From Candidatus Poribacteria bacterium (lineage in GTDB: Bacteria > Poribacteria > WGA-4E > GCA-2687025): DNA of 64,000 nucleotides. The DNA lies in the NCBI GenBank assembly GCA_963665845.2, contig OY762492.1, positions 2,880,001-2,944,000 of the forward strand. The letters are read 5' to 3'. Each line of letters opens with the position of its first letter. The first letter of the stretch is position 1. A program made the position numbers and the translations under genes. Below are positions 30,598-39,740 of this stretch, in pieces. The notes below the pieces were generated by a model. That model was not told the DNA's origin, made no database searches, and saw nothing but the letters and a program-made list of their open reading frames with translations.

Positions 30598-30611
30598 GCC
30601 GCCGCTCCGCT

Positions 30612-32027
30612 TTAAAACAGGCTCAAGGTTTGATCGAGAACTTTGCCGGTGTACGGGTTTGTCATGACGGGCATATCCGGACGCTTCTTGTTGAAATAGT
30701 CGCGTATTGACCAGAGCTGCAGGCGTCCGTATTCCACGCCGAGAACGGACGCTTTGCCGCATTTTGCCGCTTCCGCCCGCGCCTCTCTTGACGCGACAGG
30801 GTCTAACGTGATGAAGCAGCCGACCGCCGCCTTATCGCGGTTCATAACGCCGATAAAGTCGCGCAGCGCGCTGAGGCTGAACCGTCCGCCTTTAACCTGC
30901 GCCAACGCCAAGCGCGAGTCGATGTTGTCCGGTGTATGCGCCAATGTGGCTCGACCGTCAATGCCCTTGTCGCCGACCTTCTTCGTGTTCGGCGCGAAAC
31001 CTGGAAGCCGCGTGATCGCCCATGATTCAAAATCGAACGGTTTCTCCCGGGCCAGCATACGCGCGGACGCCATGTCGAACGGCATGCCCCTCGCCGGTAT
31101 GTTCGGATCATTCAGACGCACATTGCGGATGAGGTCGATGGCGAAGGAGGAGATGTCAATGCCCGCCCATCGCCTGTTGAGCCGCATCGCCGCTTCGATG
31201 GCCGTTCCGCAACCGCAGAACGGGTCTAAGACCGCATCGCCCTCATTGCTGCTTGCCTTTACAATCCGCTCTAGCAGCGCGAGCGGTTTTTGCGTCGGAT
31301 ACCCAAGATACTCGCGGGAATTGCCCTTCAGCGGCGGGATGTATATCCAACTTTCTGGAAATTTCCCTCGCTCATCCAGTTCAACCTTTCCCGCCGCGAC
31401 CTTAGACGCTGTCGCCGCATAACCCTCTCGCGCACGGCTGCCGGGCGCGTAAGGCTGACGTATCTCGTCGGGGTTGAACGTCCACGCATCCCCGCGGGAA
31501 TACCAAAAGATAGTGTCATGCACTCTCGACAATTGACGCTGTCCCGGCGCAGAAGGTCGGCTGTAGCACCACACGATCTCATTGCGGAAGTTGCTTTTGC
31601 CGAAGACCGCGTCCATGACGATTTTAAGATAATGGCTCGCTGTCGGGTCGCAATGCAGGTAGATGGAGCCGGTCGGCTTCAACAGGCGGCGCATATGCTC
31701 TAAACGCTCCGCCATGTAAGTGATGTACGCCAGCATGCCGCTCTCGCCCAAAACGCGGCGAAGCCCAACAACCGCATCATGCGCCGGCCGGCCGGTCGCG
31801 TCTCTAAACGCCGCATACCGTTCCACAGAGGCCGCGTCCCAATGCCATGTGTCGTTGAACGCCCGGTACTGCGCCTTTTCCCCGTTGTCGACGGCGTTGG
31901 AGAAAAGAATGTTGTAATTCGCGTTTGAGTTGAACGGCGGATCCAGATAAATCAGGTCGACGCATTCGTCCGCCCACTGCTCCATCCATTCGAGGCAGTC
32001 GCCGTAATATAAGGTGTTCAGCTCCAT
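30612..32027 (-). CDS. N6/N4 DNA methyltransferase fused to Mrr-like domain, copy B
   Basis: Same frame, different TRD; start MELN at 32027 with RBS GGAG. Confidence 0.92.
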   Translation of the reverse strand: MELNTLYYGDCLEWMEQWADECVDLIYLDPPFNSNANYNILFSNAVDNGEKAQYRAFNDTWHWDAASVERYAAFRDATGRPAHDAVVGLRRVLGESGMLAYITYMAERLEHMRRLLKPTGSIYLHCDPTASHYLKIVMDAVFGKSNFRNEIVWCYSRPSAPGQRQLSRVHDTIFWYSRGDAWTFNPDEIRQPYAPGSRAREGYAATASKVAAGKVELDERGKFPESWIYIPPLKGNSREYLGYPTQKPLALLERIVKASSNEGDAVLDPFCGCGTAIEAAMRLNRRWAGIDISSFAIDLIRNVRLNDPNIPARGMPFDMASARMLAREKPFDFESWAITRLPGFAPNTKKVGDKGIDGRATLAHTPDNIDSRLALAQVKGGRFSLSALRDFIGVMNRDKAAVGCFITLDPVASREARAEAAKCGKASVLGVEYGRLQLWSIRDYFNKKRPDMPVMTNPYTGKVLDQTLSLF

Positions 32028-32041
32028 GCCGCCGCTCCGCT

Positions 32042-33625
32042 TTAAAACAGGCTCAAGGTTTGATCGAGAACTTTGCCGGTGTACGGGTTTGTCATGACGG
32101 GCATATCCGGACGCTTCTTGTTGAAATAGTCGCGTATTGACCAGAGCTGCAGGCGTCCGTATTCCACGCCGAGAACGGACGCTTTGCCGCACTTTGCCGC
32201 TTCCGCCCGCGCTTCTCTTGACGCGACAGGGTCAAGCGTGATGAAACATCCGACAGCCGCCTTGTCGCGGTTCAGAACGCCGATGAAATCGCGCAATGCG
32301 CTGAGGCTGAACCGCCCGCCCTTCACCTGCGCCAGCGCCAAGCGCGAGTCGATGTTGTCAGGTTTATGCGCCAATGTCGCCCTGCCGTCAATGCCCTTGT
32401 CGCCGACCTTCTTCGTGTTCGGCGCGAAACCTGGCAGCCGCGTGATCGCCCATGATTCAAAATCGAACGGCTTTTCCCGCGCTAACATACGCGCGGAAGC
32501 CATGTCGAACGGCATGCCCCTCGCCGGTATGCTCGGATCATTCAGGCGCACATTTCGGATGAGGTCGATCGCAAACGAGGAGATGTCAATGCCCGCCCAG
32601 CGCCTGTTGAGACGCATCGCCGCTTCGATGGCCGTCCCGCAGCCGCAGAACGGGTCTAAGACGACATCGCCCTCATTGCTGCTTGCCTTTACGATGCGTT
32701 CTAAGAGCGCGAGCGGTTTTTGCGTCGGGTATCCGAGACGTTCTTTACGGGCAACTTGCGGTATATCGCCCCAAAAATCGTTCGGGGCGACTCCCGCCCC
32801 CGGCCGCTGCTTTCTCCATATGCGCCCGTCTTCTGCAAATTCCAGCTCGCCGCTCTCGTCCAGCTCCCGCAGCCTCGTCAGGCTGACCGTCCATCCTGAC
32901 GGATGCGGCGGGGAGGCGCCCTTATACTCATAACATAAATTCGGACGGGCGCCGAGACCCGGCGGACGGAACGGACTGCGCCGCTTATACCGCCCTTTTT
33001 CGTCCGTGAACGGAAACGACGCCTCTATATCTTCATACGGCGCCGCGACAGCGGACAAATTCATCCCGCCTTCGTTCGTCTTAGAATAAAAGAGAAGCGT
33101 ATCGCTGCACCGCCCAAAACGCTTCGACGCATGCTGGCTAGTCTTTCCCGCGCCCTTGATCCGCTCCCATGTAATTTCGTTTCTAAAATTATTCATGCCG
33201 AAGACGGCGTCCATGACGACTTTAAGATAATGGCTCGCTGTCGGATCGCAATGCAGGTAGATGGATCCGGTCGGCTTCAAAAGGCGGCGCATATGTTCAA
33301 GACGCTCCGCCATGTAGGCGATGTACGCCAGCATGCCGCTCTCGCCCAGAACATGATAAAGCCCGACGACCGCTCCATGCGCCGGACGCGCCACGGCGTC
33401 TCTAAACATCGCATACCGTTCCACAGAGGCGGCGTCCCAATGCCATGTGTCGTTGAACGCGCGGTACTGCGCCTTCACTCCGTTGTCGACCGCGTTGGAG
33501 AAAAGGATGTTGTAATTCGCGTTTGAGTTGAACGGCGGATCCAGATAGATCAGGTCGACGCATTCGTCCGCCCACTGCTCCATCCATTCAAGGCAGTCGC
33601 CGTAATATAAGGTGTTCAGCTCCAT
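32042..33625 (-). CDS. N6/N4 DNA methyltransferase fused to Mrr-like domain, copy A
   Basis: Same frame, longest TRD. Confidence 0.92.
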   Translation of the reverse strand: MELNTLYYGDCLEWMEQWADECVDLIYLDPPFNSNANYNILFSNAVDNGVKAQYRAFNDTWHWDAASVERYAMFRDAVARPAHGAVVGLYHVLGESGMLAYIAYMAERLEHMRRLLKPTGSIYLHCDPTASHYLKVVMDAVFGMNNFRNEITWERIKGAGKTSQHASKRFGRCSDTLLFYSKTNEGGMNLSAVAAPYEDIEASFPFTDEKGRYKRRSPFRPPGLGARPNLCYEYKGASPPHPSGWTVSLTRLRELDESGELEFAEDGRIWRKQRPGAGVAPNDFWGDIPQVARKERLGYPTQKPLALLERIVKASSNEGDVVLDPFCGCGTAIEAAMRLNRRWAGIDISSFAIDLIRNVRLNDPSIPARGMPFDMASARMLAREKPFDFESWAITRLPGFAPNTKKVGDKGIDGRATLAHKPDNIDSRLALAQVKGGRFSLSALRDFIGVLNRDKAAVGCFITLDPVASREARAEAAKCGKASVLGVEYGRLQLWSIRDYFNKKRPDMPVMTNPYTGKVLDQTLSLF

Positions 33626-33663
33626 GTTTCCGTTCCGTTTTCATACGCGGCGGTCCCGTACGT

Positions 33664-34635
33664 TTACGAAAACGGAACCCCCTGCGCTTCAACATAAAGA
33701 GCGTAAAGCGACCGGCTCGCGGTCATAAACAGCCGCTTGCGCTTGAGACCTCCAAAACACAGGTTCGCGCACGGTTCAGGAAGAAGTATCTGTCCAATCA
33801 TGCCGCCGTCGGGCGCGCGCACATGGACGCCGTCAAACCCGTCCCCGCCCCAGCCGGCGCCGATCCACAGGTTCCCGTCCATGTCGCACCTTATGCCGTC
33901 GGCGATCCCTGGCGACATATCGCAAAACTCGCGTCCGTTCTGAATGCGCTGTCCGTCAACCTCATACGCATAGACGGCGCGCGGACACCCAGGCTGATGC
34001 GTCACGCCCGTATCCACGACATACAGCAATTTAAAATCGGGCGAAAATGCAAGCCCGTTGGGACGCTCCAGCTCCTCCGTCAACACGGCGGCTTCTCCGC
34101 TTTCAGGGTCAAGGCGGTAGACGGCGGTCGGCAGCTCCGGCTCCGCTTGATGCCCCTCGTAATCCATCAGGATTCCGTAGCCAGGGTCGGTGAACCAGAT
34201 TGATCCGTCCGGATGGACGACAACATCGTTCGGGGCGTTCAGCCGCTTCTTCTGGTAGGCGTCCATCAGAACCGTCACGCGCCCGTCCAGCTCGGTGCGC
34301 GTCACGCGGCGCGACCCATGCTCGCATGTGATGAGACGCCCCTGGCGGTCGCGCGTGTTTCCGTTGCTGAAATGAGACGGGCTGCGGTAGACGCTCACCT
34401 GCCCGTCCTCCTCTTTCCAGCGCAGGATGCGGTCGTTCGGTATGTCGCTCCAGAGAAGGCAGCGGCTGTCTCCAAACCAGACGGGACCCTCCGCCCATCT
34501 GCAGCCGGTGTAAAGCCGCTCCACGCCGGCGTTGCCGATCGCATACTTTTTGAAGCGGTCGTCATGGGCGATCACGTTCGGATCGGGATAGGAGGCGTTC
34601 TCTGTATAAGAAAGAGACGTGTAAGAAAGAGGCAT
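33664..34635 (-). CDS. SMP-30/gluconolactonase family protein
   Basis: WAEGPVW, WSDIPNDRI, LNAPNDVV, FTDPGYG, PNGLAFSPD, DGIRCD. Confidence 0.92.
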   Translation of the reverse strand: MPLSYTSLSYTENASYPDPNVIAHDDRFKKYAIGNAGVERLYTGCRWAEGPVWFGDSRCLLWSDIPNDRILRWKEEDGQVSVYRSPSHFSNGNTRDRQGRLITCEHGSRRVTRTELDGRVTVLMDAYQKKRLNAPNDVVVHPDGSIWFTDPGYGILMDYEGHQAEPELPTAVYRLDPESGEAAVLTEELERPNGLAFSPDFKLLYVVDTGVTHQPGCPRAVYAYEVDGQRIQNGREFCDMSPGIADGIRCDMDGNLWIGAGWGGDGFDGVHVRAPDGGMIGQILLPEPCANLCFGGLKRKRLFMTASRSLYALYVEAQGVPFS

Positions 34636-34645
34636 GGCGGTTCGC

Positions 34646-35263
34646 TTACTCCTCAATCACTTGTCCGAGCTGGGCGATGGCGACCTTTCCGCCTTTGTAA
34701 TGCAAATGCCGTTCGCCGACGATCGGCTGGCTGCTGACCACCTCCACGACGCCCTGAACCGCGCCGCCCATCGCCTTGTCGCCCACCTGCCACCATCCCC
34801 ACGGTTTGACCGAGTGGCTGCGCTGTACAATGATCTTCGCCGTCTTCACCTCGCGGACGATGAAGGAGATGTGCGCGTCCGCTTCGCCGACATTCAAAAA
34901 ACGGAACCAGTCGCTGGCTCCGGCCGCCAGCTCTGGGAAAAACATGCGCCGCCCGACCGTGCGTCCAAATTCAGAAGCGCCGGGCAGGTCCAGCACCTGC
35001 GTGTCTTTGTGGCAGTGGCGTTCCCCGACGATCGGCTCCCCGTCGCTTTTCACCTCCAGCGAGATGTCCACCTTCGGCTTGTCCACCTTCGGCGTCCAGG
35101 TTTCAAACGGAGAGGTCTCTCCCTCGTCTGTCCAAACGATGTCGCCTCTGTTGTTTCGGCCGATGGCGGTCAGCTTCGCCTGCTCATTTCCGATATTGAC
35201 GATCTGCACCCAGTCATGCCACTGCGGGTGGAGGTGGGCAAAATAGAGCGTTGTGGACGGCAT
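34646..35263 (-). CDS. Hypothetical protein with two internal beta-rich repeats
   Basis: RBS GGAAGGAG; both halves contain DW..(I/L)VN/LN(I/V)G and end EVxS..PIVGERH. Confidence 0.75.
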   Translation of the reverse strand: MPSTTLYFAHLHPQWHDWVQIVNIGNEQAKLTAIGRNNRGDIVWTDEGETSPFETWTPKVDKPKVDISLEVKSDGEPIVGERHCHKDTQVLDLPGASEFGRTVGRRMFFPELAAGASDWFRFLNVGEADAHISFIVREVKTAKIIVQRSHSVKPWGWWQVGDKAMGGAVQGVVEVVSSQPIVGERHLHYKGGKVAIAQLGQVIEE

Positions 35264-35518
35264 CGTCGGTCTCCTTCCGTTGAGGACGCGCAAGTTGTCG
35301 GTACTTTTTTCGGCATTTATATGATACCATAAAACTCCGCCCTTGTCTCTTCATATCCGCCCTCGCCCTTTGAGCGCGGCGACCAGCGGAAAAGCCTACG
35401 CCCCGCGAGGCGCCGTTCCCGCCCCTGCGGTACAACGAACGGGAATCTTAGGCGCCGCAGACGACGTCCGCGTTCATGAGATTTGCCCCAACTCTAAGGG
35501 TAAGATCAGGAGAAGCGG

Positions 35519-35546
35519 TTGACAGAAGCGGAATACGGGCTACATT
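35519..35546 (+). promoter_or_regulatory. Sigma70-like promoter for apt
   Basis: TTGACA-16 bp-TACATT. Confidence 0.5.
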
Positions 35547-35598
35547 TAACATGCCTCCCGTTAGGGCGGCGCATACGGAGATTCATCAGAAGAGGGCT

Positions 35599-36114
35599 AT
35601 GAACAATTACGCAGACCTGATACGCACCGTTCCCGACTTTCCAAAGCCGGGCATTCAATTCAAAGACATCGCGCCTTTGCTTCAAAATCCGCAGGGGTTT
35701 CAAGCGGCGGTGAACGACCTCATCGCCAAAGTTGACGGGATCGAGTTCGACACGATTGCGGCAATTGACGCGCGCGGGTTTCTCTTCGGAGGCGCCCTCG
35801 CCTATCAGATGGGCAAGCCGCTGGCGCTCATCCGAAAGCGCGGCAAGCTGCCGTATGAGACCGTTGAAGCGGAGTATGCGCTGGAGTACGGAACCGCCGC
35901 CGTCGCGCTTCATGTGGACGCGCTGAGCGCGGGGCCGCGGACGCTTCTTGTGGATGATGTCATCGCAACGGGCGGGACGCTGCGGGCGGCGATTGAGCTG
36001 ATCAAGGCTCTCGGCGGGGAGGTTGCCGCCATCGCGGCGCTCATTGAGCTGACCTTTTTGAACGGGCGGACGTTGTTTGAAAAGGAACGGGTGATCTCGC
36101 TCATCTCCTACTGA
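35599..36114 (+). CDS. apt: Adenine phosphoribosyltransferase
   Basis: PDFPKPGIQFKDI, DARGF, RKRGKLP, YALEYG, VDDVIATGGT. Confidence 0.96.
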   Translation: MNNYADLIRTVPDFPKPGIQFKDIAPLLQNPQGFQAAVNDLIAKVDGIEFDTIAAIDARGFLFGGALAYQMGKPLALIRKRGKLPYETVEAEYALEYGTAAVALHVDALSAGPRTLLVDDVIATGGTLRAAIELIKALGGEVAAIAALIELTFLNGRTLFEKERVISLISY

Positions 36115-36195
36115 TCATTTTCGCGGAAGCGGGAATCTTAGGCGCCGCAAACGGCGCCCGCTGGCGCGAAAACCCCGCCAGCCCTCCTTGAGAAA

Positions 36196-37220
36196 GGGGG
36201 CTATTTACTTAACTAACCTCGCGTTTCGCGCTAGTATACATGCTAGTCATGGCACAAGGAGCGATCCGATGCAGTTTAGCAGCCTTTACGATTTATTCGA
36301 GCAGATTCCAAACGAGAAAGCAGCCGCGCGGTTCTTTGAGCAGCATCGCTGGCCAGACGGCAGATGCTGTCCCAAATGCGGCTCCAAAAACACGATGCGC
36401 GTCCAAAATGCGAAACCGATGCCGTTTCGATGCCGAACCTGCCGCAAGCATTTTAGCGTCCGGACCGAAACCTTGATGGCGGAGAGCAGGTTAGCGCTGC
36501 GCAAGTGGGTCCTAGCGATTTACCTGATGCATACCTCGCGCATGGGCATCTCCAGCGTTGAGATGGCAAAGCAGATCGGAACGACGCAGAAGACGGCATG
36601 GTCCCTAGGCCACCGCATTCGAGCCGCAATGGTGAGCGACGACGAAATGCTGAGCGGCATCGTGGAGGCGGACGAGACCTACATCGGCGGCATCGAGACA
36701 AAAAAGCATCGCAGGAAAAAGCTGGGCGTCGGAAGCGGAACCAGCGGGAAGCAGCCTGTGATGGGCATGCGTCAAAGAAACGGCGAGATCCGCGCATTTC
36801 TGCTGGACAATGAGCTCAAGAAAACGCTGCAGGATGCTGTAAGGGCGAATGTGGCGCGCGGATCGTCCATTTTTACCGACGCTCTTCCGACCTACAGGGG
36901 CATGCTGGAATACACGCATGCGGTTGTGGAGCATCAGAAAGGCGAGTATGTTCGCGGCGATGTTCACACCAACAGCATCGAGTCGTTCTGGGCCGTGTTA
37001 AAACGCGGGTACCGCGGCGTTTACCATTTCATGTCGTTTAAACATCTGGGTTTATATGTCAGCGAATTCGTGTATCGTTTCAATGTTGGCATCGACAACA
37101 GCCTGGACACTCTCGGCAAACTAATTCCGCGCATGGTCGGCAAGCGTCTCACCTTTGCGGATCTGAAAGGAGAGGGCGGCGAGAAACGACAGCAAATGGC
37201 TATCTAGGAATATAGCCCCC
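36196..37220 (+). mobile_element. IS1595-family element, copy 1 (1025 bp)
   Basis: Imperfect TIRs GGGGGCTATTTACTTAACTAACC and GGGGGCTATATTCCTAGATAGCC. Confidence 0.92.
36269..37207 (+). CDS. IS1595-family transposase (intact)
   Basis: Zn ribbon CPKCGS..CRTC, HTH, VEADETYIGG, FTD, HTNSIESFWA, EFVYRFN. Confidence 0.95.
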   Translation: MQFSSLYDLFEQIPNEKAAARFFEQHRWPDGRCCPKCGSKNTMRVQNAKPMPFRCRTCRKHFSVRTETLMAESRLALRKWVLAIYLMHTSRMGISSVEMAKQIGTTQKTAWSLGHRIRAAMVSDDEMLSGIVEADETYIGGIETKKHRRKKLGVGSGTSGKQPVMGMRQRNGEIRAFLLDNELKKTLQDAVRANVARGSSIFTDALPTYRGMLEYTHAVVEHQKGEYVRGDVHTNSIESFWAVLKRGYRGVYHFMSFKHLGLYVSEFVYRFNVGIDNSLDTLGKLIPRMVGKRLTFADLKGEGGEKRQQMAI

Positions 37221-37322
37221 TTCATCTTTGAAATCCTTTCATCCTAGTTCAGAAAATAAGATTCCCGCTTGCGCGGGAATGACGGAAAAAGGCGCGGGAA
37301 TGACAGCGGAGAAAGCGGGCAA

Positions 37323-37595
37323 TCAACGGGAATGAGGCAGCGAGTCGACGATGCCCATGACCAGCTCGCGTATCGGCGCCCGTTCTAAACCGAACACGCC
37401 CTTCGCGACGCCGGGGCCGGCGCCCACCAGCGCGATGTCGCCTTCGCCCGCGCCGACATAATCGACCGCCAGCTTTGCGGCTCCGCGCGCCGTTCCGTCC
37501 GGCGCGATCGGCTGCACAATCAGCAGCGTCCGCCGTTCGTATGCGGGATGCTTCGAGGTCGAGACCGCCTTTCCGATGACGCGCGCCAAGATCAT
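37323..37595 (-). CDS. EutN/CcmL microcompartment vertex (BMC-P) protein
   Basis: MILARVIGKAVSTSKH, AVDYVGAGEGD, MGIVD. Confidence 0.92.
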   Translation of the reverse strand: MILARVIGKAVSTSKHPAYERRTLLIVQPIAPDGTARGAAKLAVDYVGAGEGDIALVGAGPGVAKGVFGLERAPIRELVMGIVDSLPHSR

Positions 37596-37921
37596 TCGTC
37601 CGCGCCTTCCTCCATGTCCACCGTGTCAAGGCGGACGGGCGCCGACTTGCTCAGCGCCATCGTATCGATCAAGCCGACAACTGCCGCGTCGATCGGCATG
37701 AACGGCTTCGGCGGACGGGGAACCGATGCCGCGTCCGCGCCCGTGACAAAATAGACGCGGGAGCCGAGACCTGTAATGCCCTCCGTGTCGACGGCGACGA
37801 GCGGGCGTCCGAGCGGGCGTTCGCGCTCATCGGTCGGTTGAACAACGACGAAGCGGGTTCCTTGAAGGGAGGGGTCTTTGCGAGTCGCCCTTACGGAGCC
37901 GATGACGAAGCCGAATTCCAT
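37592..37921 (-). CDS. EutN/CcmL microcompartment vertex (BMC-P) protein
   Basis: VIGSVRATRKDPSLQG, LVAVD, PIDAAVVGLID. Confidence 0.9.
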   Translation of the reverse strand: MEFGFVIGSVRATRKDPSLQGTRFVVVQPTDERERPLGRPLVAVDTEGITGLGSRVYFVTGADAASVPRPPKPFMPIDAAVVGLIDTMALSKSAPVRLDTVDMEEGADE

Positions 37922-37927
37922 GCGGCT

Positions 37928-38257
37928 TCAGACCACCTTGATGGAGTTGTCGCCGTTTTCCGAATCGTCGTCCTCTTTGTCGTCGGGCGCGGGCGGGGCG
38001 GGTATATCCGCCTGAATGGAGCGCGCGGCGTTGGCGATGGATTGACGCATGGCGTTCAGATGCACATCGATGCGCGCGTCCAGCGCCTGCAGATGCGTCA
38101 ACCATGACTCTTTGGACTGCTCGCCTTCCTCTTCAAACCCGTTCGACATGGCGAGCCGCATATATTTCATGCGTTCTTCGATGAGCGTCTCCACATAGCT
38201 GTCATGCGTTTCAATGCCGTGCTGTAGAAATTTGGCGAGCTGGCGGATTTTTTCCAT
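37928..38257 (-). CDS. Hypothetical helical protein
   Basis: RBS GGAGA; co-oriented with and 6 bp from the EutN pair; no recognisable motif. Confidence 0.65.
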   Translation of the reverse strand: MEKIRQLAKFLQHGIETHDSYVETLIEERMKYMRLAMSNGFEEEGEQSKESWLTHLQALDARIDVHLNAMRQSIANAARSIQADIPAPPAPDDKEDDDSENGDNSIKVV

Positions 38258-38419
38258 GCGCGTTTCTCCGTCATGTTGCTGAGCGGCTTATACCTGCATA
38301 CGCATATCTTAACGCGCTTTTGACCGCCGCGCAAGGGGCGCGCCTCTGGAGGCAGTCTCTATAGGCGATGATCTTGATTTTAGAGAGTCGTTTTTGGAAT
38401 GCGGAGGCTGTCTGGGAAA

Positions 38420-38640
38420 ACTCTGGATTCCCGCTTACGCGGGATGACGATCCGGTTTGCAACGGTTTTTTCCGATCCATAAAGGTTTGTTCGTTCAAAG
38501 TCCCAACTTTATGCATGAGGTCAGGCCTAAGATTCCCGCTTACGCGGGAATGCATGTCCTCGCGGAAACGGGGGACGATTTGGCTGGCGAGGCATTTTCT
38601 CCATGAATAAAGGTTTGTTCGTTCAAAGTCCCAACTTTGG
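38420..38640. repeat. Two tandem MITE halves with dRS3 palindromes, one bearing the 22-nt insert
   Basis: ATAAAGGTTTGTTCGTTCAAAGTCCCAACTTT occurs twice. Confidence 0.8.
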
Positions 38641-38752
38641 ATGCGATCGGGGATGACTGGTTGCGCCGCTTGCCAGAATCGGATTGTTGCGTTCCGCTCC
38701 GCGTTTCGTTAAACTGCGCTCAAGTTGGATGCGGCATTCGGAGAAAGGATAT

Positions 38753-39709
38753 ATGTTTAGAGTGTCTGTGTGGGATAAGGGTCTCTCGGAACGGTATCTG
38801 CGGTTTGTGACGCAGCTCGGCGCCGACGCCATCGACTTTGGAGGCGGCAACTCGTTTCCGGGCGCGCGAGAGCAGGGGTATCCGTCCCCCGAAGGCGTCC
38901 AAGAATATCAGCAGAAAATCGCCGCCTTCGGCATGGAGATCAACCGCGTCACGCTGCCCGACATCTCCGCCGGTTTCATGCGCGGCGCCGAAGGCAGCGA
39001 ACGCGAGATTGAAAACTCGGTGAAGGCGATACAGGTTTTCGGCGAGGCGGGAATCAGTATCGCGCGTCAGCGTTTCTGGGGCGATGTGTTCCGCGAGCAG
39101 ATGTTCCGCTACAGGTCGGTTCACCGCGGCGGCTATCTGTCGCGCGGGGAGACGCGCATTCCGCCCCATCAGGCGCAGGAGACGCCCGATAAAGAAGCGC
39201 TGGATTACTGGTGGAGCCGATTCTGCGCCGTGTATGAACAGCTGACCCCCGCCGCGGAAAAATACGGCGTCAAGCTGGCGATCCATCCGTCCGACACCCC
39301 GCTGCCGGACACGCCGCTGGGAGGACTCGGTTACCACCGCGTCATTGACGCTTTTCCGAGCAAGAATGTCGGATACCTCTACTGTTGCGGGACGCGGGCG
39401 GAGGCGGGCGGTTCCTCGCTGGTGCTGGACGAAATCAACAACTACGGGCGGAAAGGGCGCATCTTCACCGTACACATGCGCAATGTGCGCGGGAGCCTCG
39501 CCACCGCCGGCGCGTTTGAAGAGACGCTGCTGGACGACGGCGACATGAACGTGTTCAAAATCTTGAAGGAGCTTCAAAAGGTCGGGTTCAGCGGATGCAT
39601 CAACGCCGACCATGTGCCGCAACTGGAGGGCGACTACGAGAATTTGAGCTTCGGGCTGGCGTACTCCATCGGCTATCTGAAGGCGATGTTTGCGGCGCTG
39701 GCGGCTTAA
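38753..39709 (+). CDS. uxuA: Mannonate dehydratase-like protein
   Basis: LTPAAEKYGVKLAIHPSD, CCGT, HMRNVRG, FEETLLDDGDMNV, DHVP, YSIGYLKAM. Confidence 0.85.
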   Translation: MFRVSVWDKGLSERYLRFVTQLGADAIDFGGGNSFPGAREQGYPSPEGVQEYQQKIAAFGMEINRVTLPDISAGFMRGAEGSEREIENSVKAIQVFGEAGISIARQRFWGDVFREQMFRYRSVHRGGYLSRGETRIPPHQAQETPDKEALDYWWSRFCAVYEQLTPAAEKYGVKLAIHPSDTPLPDTPLGGLGYHRVIDAFPSKNVGYLYCCGTRAEAGGSSLVLDEINNYGRKGRIFTVHMRNVRGSLATAGAFEETLLDDGDMNVFKILKELQKVGFSGCINADHVPQLEGDYENLSFGLAYSIGYLKAMFAALAA

Positions 39710-39740
39710 GGTGTTATGCCTCGCATTCTGACGACGAGAT

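Noticed and set aside
30598-30762. 55-aa N-terminal extensions (MRQSVRSRR...) on MTase copies B and C
   Set aside because: They overlap the preceding gene. Copy A starts at MELN, and an RBS precedes MELN in B and C.
29149-33625. Invertible shufflon or diversity-generating retroelement
   Set aside because: All copies are in direct orientation with complete starts. There is no recombinase or reverse transcriptase, and the differences are not adenine-specific.
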